Of a stretch of DNA of 64,000 nucleotides, positions 10,837-19,684 are shown one piece after another. Under the pieces are notes generated by a model that was not told the origin of the DNA, did not search any database, and saw only the letters and a list, made by a program, of their open reading frames with translations. Position 1 is the stretch's first letter. The number at the start of each line of letters is the position of its first letter. The stretch is taken from positions 96,001 through 160,000 of the forward strand of contig CAWBZI010000007.1 in NCBI GenBank assembly GCA_963793265.1, given 5' to 3'. The translations under genes were made by a program, and so were the position numbers. This DNA is from an uncultured cyanobacterium. GTDB lineage: Bacteria; Cyanobacteriota; Cyanobacteriia; Phormidesmidales; Phormidesmidaceae.

Positions 10837-10869
10837 CTTCATAACATCTCCATTTTGCTTTGTTCTAAT
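10837..10869 (+). promoter_or_regulatory. Direct-repeat motif CTTCAT-AACAT-CTCCAT upstream of psbA3 (candidate RfpB box)
   Basis: Matches motif found at four other promoters in the cluster; TCTAAT 10 nt downstream. Confidence 0.6.
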
Positions 10870-10907
10870 AGGCGTGGTCACTTAAATAACCCATCCTACA
10901 AAACAAA

Positions 10908-11987
10908 ATGACTATTTCTATCCAACGTCCTAACACAACCCAGTGGGAGAGATTCTGCCGCTGGATTACTAGCACCGAAAACCGACTGTATATCGGCTGG
11001 TTTGGCGTTTTGATGCTGCCGCTTTTGGGCGTTTCAATTACCGTTTTTGTCACGGCTTTTATTGCCGCGCCCCCGGTTGATATTGACGGCATTCGCGAGC
11101 CGCTATCGGGCTCACTGCTGTATGGCAACAATATTATTACCGCCGCTGTAGTCCCAACCTCTAACGCGGTCGGACTGCATTTTTACCCCATTTGGGAGGC
11201 TGCTACGCTTGATGAATGGCTCTATAACGGTGGGCCTTACCAGATGATCGCCTTCCACTATATTCCAGCGCTGCTCTGCTATTTAGGGCGAGAGTGGGAG
11301 TTGAGCTATCGATTAGGAATGCGCCCTTGGATTTGCATTGCCTACTCTGCACCCGTGGCGGCGACAATCTCAGTTTTTCTGATCTATCCGATTGGTCAGG
11401 GCAGCTTTTCTGACGGCCTGCCTATGGGCATCAGCGGCACTTTCAACTTCATGTTCGTTTTCCAGGCGGAGCACAACATTCTGATGCACCCGTTTCATAT
11501 GATCGGAGTTGCAGGTGTGCTGGGCGGTTCGCTCTTTTGTGCCATGCACGGTTCTCTGGTCACATCTAGTTTAATTAGAGAAACCTCTGACGTTGAGTCT
11601 CAAAACCAGGGCTATAAGTTTGGTCAGGAAGAAGAGACTTATAACATCCTTGCGGCTCACGGCTACTTTGGCCGGTTGATTTTTCAATACGCCAGCTTTA
11701 ATAACTCTCGCCAGCTACACTTTTTCTTAGCAGCGTGGCCTGTTATTTGCATTTGGATTGTGGCTCTGGGCATTAGCACCATGGCGTTCAACCTCAATGG
11801 CTTTAACTTCAACCATTCCGTGCTCGACTCTCAGGGCCGGGTGCTACCAAGCTGGGCAGATGTCGTGAATCGTGCAAGTTTGGGCTTTGAAGTGATGCAC
11901 GAGCGCAATGCTCATAACTTCCCGCTAGATTTGGCTAGTGGTGAGGCAACGCCTATCGCCCTGCAAGCGCCTGATATTCAGGCTTAG
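10908..11987 (+). CDS. psbA3: Photosystem II D1, far-red paralog (oxygen-evolving type)
   Basis: Mn-cluster ligand motifs intact ([26 protein letters not shown]); far-red signatures FHYIP, AATISVF and GLPMGISG. Confidence 0.92.
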   Translation: MTISIQRPNTTQWERFCRWITSTENRLYIGWFGVLMLPLLGVSITVFVTAFIAAPPVDIDGIREPLSGSLLYGNNIITAAVVPTSNAVGLHFYPIWEAATLDEWLYNGGPYQMIAFHYIPALLCYLGREWELSYRLGMRPWICIAYSAPVAATISVFLIYPIGQGSFSDGLPMGISGTFNFMFVFQAEHNILMHPFHMIGVAGVLGGSLFCAMHGSLVTSSLIRETSDVESQNQGYKFGQEEETYNILAAHGYFGRLIFQYASFNNSRQLHFFLAAWPVICIWIVALGISTMAFNLNGFNFNHSVLDSQGRVLPSWADVVNRASLGFEVMHERNAHNFPLDLASGEATPIALQAPDIQA

Positions 11988-12037
11988 CTTACGTTTGAAT
12001 TGGCGCTAGTTTAGCTTTCGCGGATACCTCCACAGCG

Positions 12038-12067
12038 GCGCTTTCCTTTTGCGAGAGCGCTTTCTTT
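12038..12067 (+). terminator. Intrinsic terminator-like hairpin after psbA3
   Basis: GCGCTTTC / GAGAGCGC stem then TTTCTTT. Confidence 0.55.
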
Positions 12068-12102
12068 GCCTTGGGAAAGATGCAGCTTCAATTCTGTTGC
12101 TG

Positions 12103-12140
12103 ACACCCAGTCAACACCCAGTCAACACCCAGTCAACACC
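12103..12140. repeat. Tandem 11-mer ACACCCAGTCA x3.5
   Basis: Read directly. Confidence 0.9.
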
Positions 12141-12255
12141 TACTTGGCACCTATCTTTGGCCGCAGATAGCTCTCTATCTAACGACAGATCATAAGCGAT
12201 CGCTATAACAACAGCCATATATCCTAATGCATATTGTTCTCATTTAGGGGGCGTC

Positions 12256-12288
12256 CTCCATAAGTTCTCCATATTTGTTTTTTAAATT
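12256..12288 (+). promoter_or_regulatory. CTCCAT-AAGTT-CTCCAT-N10-TAAATT promoter motif upstream of USP/CBS genes (candidate RfpB box plus -10)
   Basis: Perfect 6-bp direct repeat at 11-bp period with TANNNT exactly 10 nt downstream. Confidence 0.65.
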
Positions 12289-12296
12289 CTAAAGTA

Positions 12297-12326
12297 ACTA
12301 TCTACAGACGTACTATCTACAGACGT
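12297..12326. repeat. 15-bp tandem duplication ACTATCTACAGACGT x2
   Basis: Read directly. Confidence 0.9.
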
Positions 12327-12341
12327 AAAGAGACTCCCCTG

Positions 12342-12503
12342 ATGCCTTCTTCCCTTGAAAGCCCACCTATTAGCGCCTGTCAGTTCTTAGTGATTAGCTA
12401 CGGTAGTCAGCTACAGGGCGACGGCTCAGCGGGGATGCGATCGCGCCCTCGTCACAATTGAGCAATTCTTCAAAACCTACGGTCAAAGGCCATGACGTAC
12501 TAG
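12342..12503 (+). pseudogene. Possible decayed hydrogenase maturation protease (HoxW-like) N-terminus
   Basis: FLVISYGSQLQGDGSAG resembles LVIGYGNxLRGDDGAG; continues in frame past a TGA as AILQNLRSKAM, like WxLPNVRSLAV. Confidence 0.4.
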
Positions 12504-12581
12504 CGAAGCGCTATGTGCATAAGCCGCTTCAAAAATTAAAATGCACCGTTGAACTCATTTTCTTTTACCCCTTCTAACACC

Positions 12582-13169
12582 ATGTTCAAAAGAATTCTAG
12601 TTGCGCTCGACTCAGGGGATACCTGCTACGCTCTGTTTGATAAAGCATTAGCGTTAGCCCAAGCTACGGGTGCAAGTCTAATTTTGTTTAGTGCCCTAAA
12701 CGCAGAAGAAGATGCCAGTGTGCCTTCTGCTTACGCGCTTGTAGGCTATCCAATCGGGATTAATGACAGCGCTTGGAACAACTACCAGCAGCGCTACAAA
12801 GCCTATGAAGCTAGAGAGCTAGCGAAGCTACGAAATTTTGTTAAACGCGCTAAGACCGCGGGAATTCAGGCAGAGTTTGCTCAAACCTCGGGCCTTCCAG
12901 GACAGGCTATTTGCGATCGCGCCAAAGCCTGTAGGGTAGATTTGGTGATGGTAGGCAGTCATCGACGCCTGGGCATTAAAGAGCTGCTACTCGGCAGCGT
13001 AAGCAACTACGTTATGCATCATGCACCTTGCTCAGTCATGGTTGTTCATAATCAATCCACGACGCGACTGACCACTGGCATTTCAAACTCGCAAACTTCA
13101 AACTCGCAAACTTCAAACTTGCAAGCTTCAAACTTACAGAAGGAAATCTATCATGTTGACAGTCGCTGA
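12582..13169 (+). CDS. Universal stress protein (UspA family)
   Basis: MFKRILVALD start; DLVMVGSH...LLLGSVSNYVMHHAPCSVMVV. Confidence 0.92.
   Translation: MFKRILVALDSGDTCYALFDKALALAQATGASLILFSALNAEEDASVPSAYALVGYPIGINDSAWNNYQQRYKAYEARELAKLRNFVKRAKTAGIQAEFAQTSGLPGQAICDRAKACRVDLVMVGSHRRLGIKELLLGSVSNYVMHHAPCSVMVVHNQSTTRLTTGISNSQTSNSQTSNLQASNLQKEIYHVDSR
13082..13140. repeat. 15-nt tandem repeat x4 (TTCAAACTCGCAAAC) encoding the SNSQT/SNLQA tail of the USP
   Basis: Read directly. Confidence 0.85.
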
Positions 13170-13668
13170 TATTATGACCCCTAAAGTTTTTACGATTCGT
13201 AGCTCTGCAAAACTGACGCAGGCGATCTTGCTGATGCAACAAAAGCAGGTGCGATCGCTAATTGTTGAAAGAGAAGTTCAGGGCGGTGCTTATGGCATCT
13301 TAACCGGGCAGGACATTGTTTATAAAGCGACAGCTCGGTGCGTAGATCCTAGTAGCACGATGGTTTGTGAGCTGATGAGTTCGCCCTGTGTAGCCGTTGA
13401 GCCTGACTTGAGTTTGTCAGCACTTGCTAAGCGCTTTTTAGCAGCGGGTATACGAAGGGCTCCGGTGATTGAAGACAGTCAATTACTGGGCGTTGTTTCT
13501 ATTACAGATATCCTTATGAATAGCAATGTGGATTCGGTTCATTTGCCGTGCGATTTGTCTGAGCAGATTGAAGTTGCTTTGCGTCACAATCGGCTTAACT
13601 GGGCTGAAGATAATCAGATTGAGCGGGAGTGCGAAGCGGCTAGAAATGTGCTGAGCGAACTGAGCTAA
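13153..13668 (+). CDS. CBS-pair protein with degenerate C-terminal CP12-like helix pair
   Basis: LTVADIMT, YGILT, IRRAPVI...LLGVVSITDI CBS motifs; tail DLSEQIEVAL...ECEAARNVLSEL resembles the CP12 core. Confidence 0.8.
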   Translation: MLTVADIMTPKVFTIRSSAKLTQAILLMQQKQVRSLIVEREVQGGAYGILTGQDIVYKATARCVDPSSTMVCELMSSPCVAVEPDLSLSALAKRFLAAGIRRAPVIEDSQLLGVVSITDILMNSNVDSVHLPCDLSEQIEVALRHNRLNWAEDNQIERECEAARNVLSELS

Positions 13669-13674
13669 ATGCTA

Positions 13675-13708
13675 AGCCCCTACGGAAACAGCAATCTCCG
13701 TAGGGGCT
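13675..13708. terminator. Hairpin between convergent genes, built from GCCCCTAC/GTAGGGGC REP-like arms
   Basis: AGCCCCTACGGA / TCCGTAGGGGCT 12-bp stem. Confidence 0.6.
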
Positions 13709-13719
13709 ATAGCCGTTTA

Positions 13720-14259
13720 TTACGAACCTATATGAGCGCCCCAAGAAACCCAATTTTGAGCGTTTGAAGACGTTCCACAGGTTGTAACTTTTGTTAGATT
13801 TTTTAGGATTGCACCTTCGTAATCGGCAGATTCTAGCTCGCGAGCGTCTATATGAGCGCCCGTTAAATCGGCTTCGCACAGGTTAGCGCCGCTCAGTCGC
13901 ACGTTGCTAAGATCCGCGCCTCTCAAGTCAGCGCGCCTTAGATCAGCGGCTCGCAAATCAGCATTTGAGAAGTTTGCCCCTATAAGACTGGCCGCCTGTA
14001 AGTCAGCGCCAATAAAGTTTGTACTTTGGAGATTAGCGCCGTTCAGAGTTACACCCGTAAGATCAGCATCGGTAAGGTTGGCCTCTGAGAGGTTAGCCCG
14101 GCTGAGATCGGTATTGGTAAAGTCTGCGCTGCTAAGATCGCAACGACTGAAGTTAATACCAACAAGAGAGGTATTGTGCAGTATTACCCCTCGTAATGAC
14201 ATTTTTGCGAAGTTGCGATCGCCTTTGTTGAATTCTTGAATGAGCTGTCGAAATACCAT
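13720..14259 (-). CDS. Pentapeptide repeat protein
   Basis: Many A(D/N)Lxx repeats after a GDRNF-type N-cap; ATG at 14259 with GAGG RBS. Confidence 0.92.
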   Translation of the reverse strand: MVFRQLIQEFNKGDRNFAKMSLRGVILHNTSLVGINFSRCDLSSADFTNTDLSRANLSEANLTDADLTGVTLNGANLQSTNFIGADLQAASLIGANFSNADLRAADLRRADLRGADLSNVRLSGANLCEADLTGAHIDARELESADYEGAILKNLTKVTTCGTSSNAQNWVSWGAHIGS

Positions 14260-14398
14260 GAGAGTTTGCCTCAATAACACGTCTGTATGAGTGATTACCT
14301 ATCAACGCACCACTTGCCGAAACGATGCGCATGTAGGTCTGGCTATACAGCTTGCACATGCGGATAGAGCGGTGTGTTTTCTCTCTTCACACCGCTCT

Positions 14399-14431
14399 AT
14401 TGTATACGCAGAATATGGAGAACTTATGAGG
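14399..14431 (-). promoter_or_regulatory. CCTCAT-AAGTT-CTCCAT-N10-TACAAT promoter motif upstream of the pentapeptide gene (candidate RfpB box plus -10)
   Basis: Read on the reverse complement; shares CATAAGTTCTCCATATT with the USP promoter. Confidence 0.65.
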
Positions 14432-14546
14432 TTTCTTCAAACAGTGTTACTTAGCAAGGTATCGCAAAAGTGCGAATGCATCCGCACTTTTGCGCGCCGC
14501 TTAGCCCACAGTGCACAAAGACTTTAACGACTACTAATGTAGTAAG

Positions 14547-14738
14547 CTAAGTGGCCAAAACGATAGTACCGTTATAGAGCTGCAAGAGAATCAGCATGAA
14601 AACCAGCAGCAAAACCAGCATAACCGCCATAATCGGCGCTGTTCCCCAGCCAGGAGATACCCGGCCTGCTTCAGAGTTAAGCTTTCTCAAGGGGTATTGA
14701 AGCGGGGCAGCTTTGTTAGAAACGTACTTTTGAGCCAT
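14547..14738 (-). CDS. psbH2: Photosystem II PsbH, far-red paralog
   Basis: [21 protein letters not shown] motif plus TM helix; downstream of psbB2. Confidence 0.92.
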   Translation of the reverse strand: MAQKYVSNKAAPLQYPLRKLNSEAGRVSPGWGTAPIMAVMLVLLLVFMLILLQLYNGTIVLAT

Positions 14739-14751
14739 GATCTAGTCTCTA

Positions 14752-16281
14752 TTAAACAACTTTCTGACGAGAGGTCGGATCGCCTACTTTTGTGAAATAG
14801 CCCCACTCCACTTGTTCGGGGCTTAGCGTAGGGTCGATACCAGAGAATACGTCTTGGAAGATGGCTCGTAGGCCGTGCCAGATATGACCGAAAAACCAGA
14901 GTAGGGCAAAGCAGACATGGAAGAAGGCAAAGAAGCCGCGATTGCTGGTTCTAAACAGACCGTCTGAGTCGTAAACGTCGCGGTCGAACTCGAAGGGTTC
15001 TCCGAGCTGAGCTTTGCGAGCGTATTTTTCGACCGTTTTAGGATCGGTGAACGTTTGGCCGTCTAAATCGCCACCGGAGAAGCTGACGGTTACCCCAGTT
15101 TGTTCAATACCGTATTTGGCTTCTGCCTGACGGAAGGGAATATCGGCTCTCACTACACCGTCTTTGTCGAATAAGACAACTGGAAAGTTTTCAAAGAAGT
15201 TGGGTATTCGACGAACGATAAGCTCTCTGTTTTCGCCGTCTTTAAAGGTGGGATGGCCGAGCCAGGTTGTTGGAAGCCCGTCGCCATCCACCATACGACC
15301 TACCCGAAACAATCCCCCCTTAGCAGGACTGTTGCCTACATAGTCATAAAAAGCAAGCTTAGTCGGTACGCTATCCCAGGCTTGTGAAGGCGTTTTACCC
15401 TCGTTAAGATCGGCGTTTACCCGGCGGCTAATTTCTTGCTGAAAGTAGCCCTGATCCCACTGGTAGCGCGTGGGCCCCCACAGTTCGATTGGGGTTGTTG
15501 CTGTGCCGTACCACATGGTACCAGCGGCGATGAACGCGCCTGAGAAGAACACGGCCAGGCCGCTGGCAAGAACGCTTTCGATGTTGCCCATTCTAAGCAT
15601 TTGATAGAGGTATTGAGGCGGCCGCACTAGAATATGGAACAGTCCGCCAAGAATGGCAACAATGCCCAGGGCAATATGGTGCGCGACTACGCCACCTGGG
15701 TTTTGCGGATCAAATCCAGCAGGGCCCCAGTCTGGAGCGACGCCCTGAACGTGTCCGATGAGGCCGAAGGGATCGGAAACCCACATGCCGGGCCCGAAGA
15801 TGCCGGTTAGGTGAAATGCGCCAAAGCCGAAACACAGCAGCCCGGCGAGGGTGAGATGAATGCCGAAGACTTTGGGAAGATCGATCACAGGTTCGTTGGT
15901 TTTGGGATCGAAAAAGGTGGCAATGTCCCAGTAGACCCAGTGCCAGCAGGCGGCTAGGAAGGAGAGTCCAGAAAAGAGAATGTGGGCGATCGCAACCGTT
16001 TCAAATGTCCAAAAGCCTGGATTGATAAATGTCTCTCCGGTGACGCTCCAACCCTGCCAAGAGTTGACGACGCCTAAGCGAGCAACAAAGGGCATTAGGA
16101 AGCATCCCTGCCGCCACATTGGATTTAAGATTGCATCGCTAGGGTCGTAACGAGAGAGTTCAAACAGCAGCGTTGAACCGGCAAATCCAGCGCAGAGTGC
16201 GTTGTGCATCAGGTGCACGGCGATAAGTCGGCCTGGGTCGTTGAGAACAGAGGTGTGTACGCGATACCAGGGAAGTCCCAT
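14752..16281 (-). CDS. psbB2: Photosystem II CP47, far-red paralog
   Basis: [10 protein letters not shown] start, [16 protein letters not shown]. Confidence 0.95.
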   Translation of the reverse strand: MGLPWYRVHTSVLNDPGRLIAVHLMHNALCAGFAGSTLLFELSRYDPSDAILNPMWRQGCFLMPFVARLGVVNSWQGWSVTGETFINPGFWTFETVAIAHILFSGLSFLAACWHWVYWDIATFFDPKTNEPVIDLPKVFGIHLTLAGLLCFGFGAFHLTGIFGPGMWVSDPFGLIGHVQGVAPDWGPAGFDPQNPGGVVAHHIALGIVAILGGLFHILVRPPQYLYQMLRMGNIESVLASGLAVFFSGAFIAAGTMWYGTATTPIELWGPTRYQWDQGYFQQEISRRVNADLNEGKTPSQAWDSVPTKLAFYDYVGNSPAKGGLFRVGRMVDGDGLPTTWLGHPTFKDGENRELIVRRIPNFFENFPVVLFDKDGVVRADIPFRQAEAKYGIEQTGVTVSFSGGDLDGQTFTDPKTVEKYARKAQLGEPFEFDRDVYDSDGLFRTSNRGFFAFFHVCFALLWFFGHIWHGLRAIFQDVFSGIDPTLSPEQVEWGYFTKVGDPTSRQKVV

Positions 16282-16329
16282 GGCGTTTTCTCCTATGAGT
16301 TCAGGGCGGGTTGTGAGGATTGTTACCGA

Positions 16330-17778
16330 TTAGTCCGAGCGCATACTCGGATCGATAGGAGCCATCGAGAGTACGGGTTCGTTCTCTCGATCTAGACCAG
16401 TTTCAAAGCCAGCCGCAGCGGCTCTAGCTCGACCAGCGTGCCAAAGGTGGCCAACTAAAAAGAAGAAGCCAAAGATAAAATGAGCAGAGGCAAGCCAGGT
16501 TCTGGGCGAAACGTAGTTGAAGGCGTTAGACTCGGTGGCGAGCCCTGCAACAGAGTTGAGTGAGCCAATCGGGGAATGGGTCATGTATTCAGCGGCGCGG
16601 CGAACCTGCCAGGGCTGAACGTCGTTTTGCAGCCGTTCTAAGTCGAGGCCGTTGGTGCCGCGTAGTGGTTCGATCCAGGGGGCGCGGGCATCCCAAAAGC
16701 GCATGGTTTCGCCGCCAAAGATGATTTCTCCTGTGGGCGATCGCTGTAAATATTTCCCTAAGCCAGTTGGCCCCTGCGCTGAGGCTACGTCTGCCCCCAT
16801 ACCCTGATCTCTCATCAAGAACACAAACGATTGAGCCTGTGATGCTTCAGGTACGGTCGGCCCGTAAAAGGCACTTGGATACACCGTGTTGTTGAACCAA
16901 ATAAACGCTGTTGCAATAAACGCCTGCCCAGCGACGTTACCTAAGCTTTGAGAGAGATAGGTTTCGCCTGTCCAAGGAAAGAGATTATAAGTCCAGCGGA
17001 GGGGCGGTACTAAAATGTGCCATATGCCGCCGGCAATCAGGATGCAGCCAATCCAAATATGACCGCCGATGACATCTTCTAAGTTGTTGACGCTGACAAT
17101 CCAGCCTTCGCCGCCAGTTGGCTTCTTAATTAGATAGCCGAAGATAATTCGTGGATCTAGCGTAGGATGGCTGATCAGGCGAACGTCGCCGCCGCCAGGA
17201 GCCCAAGGATCGTATAGACCGCCCCAGTACATCGCTTTGGCTGAAAACAGTAGCGCAAAGACACCTAGAAGGGCAATGTGAAAGCCCAGAATTTGAGCAA
17301 CTTTGGCTTTGTCTGTCCAGTCAAACTGAAAGAAGCCGTACAGTTTTTCGGGCCCCTGGATCGCGTGATATAGGCCACCAATGCCGAGCACTGCCGAGCC
17401 GATCAGGTGTGCAACACCAATAGCAAAGAAGGGGAAGATACTGGTGATTTCTCCGTTCTGGCCAACGCCGATGCCGAGCGTGGCGATGTGGGGCATGAGG
17501 ATGCACCCTTGCTCGTACATTGGCTTGTACAGGCTGTAGTGAGAGACTTCAAATAGCAGCATTCCGCCTGCCCACAGGGCAACAAGGCCCGCATGAGCGA
17601 CATGGGCTCCTAAGAACCGACCCGTGAGTTCGGGGGTGATAAAGCGGGCGTTGCCTGCCCACCAGGCGTAGCCGCTAGAGGCTTCGTCGTAGCCAGCGCT
17701 TTGGGGCGCGAGGATAGAGCTGGTTTCAGCGGGGATAGTAATAGATAGATCTGGGATGGTTTCGATCGGCGTTTCCAT
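16330..17778 (-). CDS. psbC2: Photosystem II CP43, far-red paralog
   Basis: [29 protein letters not shown]; own ATG, does not overlap psbD. Confidence 0.95.
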   Translation of the reverse strand: METPIETIPDLSITIPAETSSILAPQSAGYDEASSGYAWWAGNARFITPELTGRFLGAHVAHAGLVALWAGGMLLFEVSHYSLYKPMYEQGCILMPHIATLGIGVGQNGEITSIFPFFAIGVAHLIGSAVLGIGGLYHAIQGPEKLYGFFQFDWTDKAKVAQILGFHIALLGVFALLFSAKAMYWGGLYDPWAPGGGDVRLISHPTLDPRIIFGYLIKKPTGGEGWIVSVNNLEDVIGGHIWIGCILIAGGIWHILVPPLRWTYNLFPWTGETYLSQSLGNVAGQAFIATAFIWFNNTVYPSAFYGPTVPEASQAQSFVFLMRDQGMGADVASAQGPTGLGKYLQRSPTGEIIFGGETMRFWDARAPWIEPLRGTNGLDLERLQNDVQPWQVRRAAEYMTHSPIGSLNSVAGLATESNAFNYVSPRTWLASAHFIFGFFFLVGHLWHAGRARAAAAGFETGLDRENEPVLSMAPIDPSMRSD

Positions 17779-17849
17779 GGGGGTTAGAACCTCTTAGGAT
17801 TGATTGTCTGGAGCATAGTTCTGGGTATTGTCCTAAAATTTGTTGAGCT

Positions 17850-18908
17850 TTATTCGGAGAAGCCACGGGGTAAGACTTCATCTGGAAAGACAAACTTTTT
17901 AGCGGGCTGATCCATTTCTGAAAGCCAGGCGCGAAGACCTTCATTGAGCAGAATGTTCTTGGTGTAGAAAGTCTCGAACTCGGGGTCTTCAGCGGCTCTA
18001 ATCTCCTGACTAACAAAGTCGTAGGCTCGTAGGTTAAACGCCAGCCCGGCCATACCGATTGCACTCATCCATAGGCCCGTGACGGGTACAAATAGCATGA
18101 AGAAATGCAGCCACCGTTTGTTAGAAAAGGCAATGCCGAAAATCTGCGACCAGAAGCGATTGGCAGTCACCATAGAGTAGGTTTCTTCTGCCTGATCGGT
18201 CGCAAAGCCTTTAAAGGTGTTCTTCCCTCGATTGTCTTCAAACAGCGTGTTTTGCACGGTGGCTCCGTGAATGGCGCACAGCAAAGCGCCTCCTAACACG
18301 CCCGTAACGCCCATCATGTGAAAGGGGTTGAGAGTGTAGTTGTGGAAGCCCTGAAAGAACAATAGGAATCGGAAGATTGCGGAGACGCCAAAGCCGGGGC
18401 CAAAGAACCAGCTTGATTGGCCGAGCGGATAGATGAGGAAGGTGGCAACAAAGACGGCAATTGGAGCAGAAAAGGCGATCGCATTATAAGGCCGAATGCC
18501 GACTAGCCTAGCCACTTCAATCTGTCGCAGCATAAATCCCATCAGGCCAAAAATGCCGTGGAAGGCGACAAACGTCCACAGTCCGCCGACTTGGAACCAG
18601 CGAACCAGACTACCCCCGGCTTCTGGGCCCCACAAAAGTAGGAGAGAATGGCCCATGCTTTCGGCAGGTGTAGAGACGGCAACCGTCAGAAAGTTGCAGC
18701 CTTCTAAATAAGACGAAACGAGGCCGTGAGTGTACCAGGAAGTAACAAACGTGGTGCCGGTAAACCAGCCGCCAAGTGCAAGAAATGAGCAGGGGAAAAG
18801 TAAAAGACCCGACCAGCCGATGAACACGAAGCGATCACGCTTCAGCCAGTCGTCAATCCCCCTTACCCAGTTTCCTCGGGAGGTAGGCAATCCTATTGTA
18901 ATGGTCAT
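17850..18908 (-). CDS. psbD3: Photosystem II D2, far-red paralog
   Basis: [46 protein letters not shown] in place of canonical HNWTLNPFH. Confidence 0.95.
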   Translation of the reverse strand: MTITIGLPTSRGNWVRGIDDWLKRDRFVFIGWSGLLLFPCSFLALGGWFTGTTFVTSWYTHGLVSSYLEGCNFLTVAVSTPAESMGHSLLLLWGPEAGGSLVRWFQVGGLWTFVAFHGIFGLMGFMLRQIEVARLVGIRPYNAIAFSAPIAVFVATFLIYPLGQSSWFFGPGFGVSAIFRFLLFFQGFHNYTLNPFHMMGVTGVLGGALLCAIHGATVQNTLFEDNRGKNTFKGFATDQAEETYSMVTANRFWSQIFGIAFSNKRWLHFFMLFVPVTGLWMSAIGMAGLAFNLRAYDFVSQEIRAAEDPEFETFYTKNILLNEGLRAWLSEMDQPAKKFVFPDEVLPRGFSE

Positions 18909-18942
18909 GATGATGTCCTTAAACTTAACTAATTAGGCGCGT

Positions 18943-19473
18943 TCAGGCAGCTTTGCGAACGCTGCTGTCTTTAATCCCAAAGTAGGAGGGGCCTGGCCGC
19001 ACCAGCTCTTGAATGATCTGGTCGAAGTAGGGGATAATGGCGGCGGCTTCGGGCTCTGAGAGAAGTGCGATCGCCTCAGCTCTTAGGCAGCGTAGGTACT
19101 GCAAAATGTTGTCTAAGGGAATGCCGATATTGGTATAGAGTTCTTTCATACCCAGCAGGCCGATCTCTCTTAGGGGGCGATCGCTTCCGGCTAATAAACA
19201 ATAGCTAATCAGCCGAACGTACCAGCTCATATCGCGCTGAGCTGCCTCAGTTTTTTTGCGGCTACCGCTATTGCTAGGCGTACGCGGGCATATCTGCCAG
19301 AATTTGCGAGTGCCTCTTTCTACAATAGCAGGCGCATGTTGTTCTAAAACCTTGGCGAGCTGAATTCGCTCTGTTCCTGTTTTACAAAAGCTGCGAATGG
19401 TCTGTAGCTCTCCGGGGGTTGGGTAGCGGAGTTCTTCGTCGGCGTCGATAATGACCTGTTTGACGATGCTCAT
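18943..19473 (-). CDS. apcD3: Far-red allophycocyanin alpha-type subunit lacking the canonical bilin Cys
   Basis: MSIVKQVIIDADEELRYP; EAAQRD where paralogs have ASCQRD/ASCLRD; FWQICP Cys present; follows apcE2. Confidence 0.9.
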   Translation of the reverse strand: MSIVKQVIIDADEELRYPTPGELQTIRSFCKTGTERIQLAKVLEQHAPAIVERGTRKFWQICPRTPSNSGSRKKTEAAQRDMSWYVRLISYCLLAGSDRPLREIGLLGMKELYTNIGIPLDNILQYLRCLRAEAIALLSEPEAAAIIPYFDQIIQELVRPGPSYFGIKDSSVRKAA

Positions 19474-19483
19474 AGGTTTAACC

Positions 19484-19660
19484 TCATCTAAACTTTGGGT
19501 AGATATGCACGCCGCCAAACCAGCTAATTGAGATGCGGTAGGCAAAAGGATTGATGTAGTGATGGGTTGTTTGGCTAGAGAGATTTGTGCTGGTAGCTGA
19601 TGTGACGATTAGCGGAACTTCTAGCGTGGAATGGGCTGGATTGTTTTGTTTGTTGTTCAT
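19484..19660 (-). CDS. Possible 58-aa microprotein between apcE2 and apcD3
   Basis: ATG-started ORF filling the spacer; its stop overlaps the apcD3 RBS (TGAGG); no obvious RBS of its own. Confidence 0.35.
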   Translation of the reverse strand: MNNKQNNPAHSTLEVPLIVTSATSTNLSSQTTHHYINPFAYRISISWFGGVHIYPKFR

Positions 19661-19684
19661 GGTTTTGTTGATGAAAGACGACAC

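Noticed and set aside
10908..11987. Chlorophyll f synthase (chlF/psbA4)
   Set aside because: It retains the Mn-cluster ligands and the normal PLDLA processing site, which ChlF lacks; signatures fit far-red D1 PsbA3
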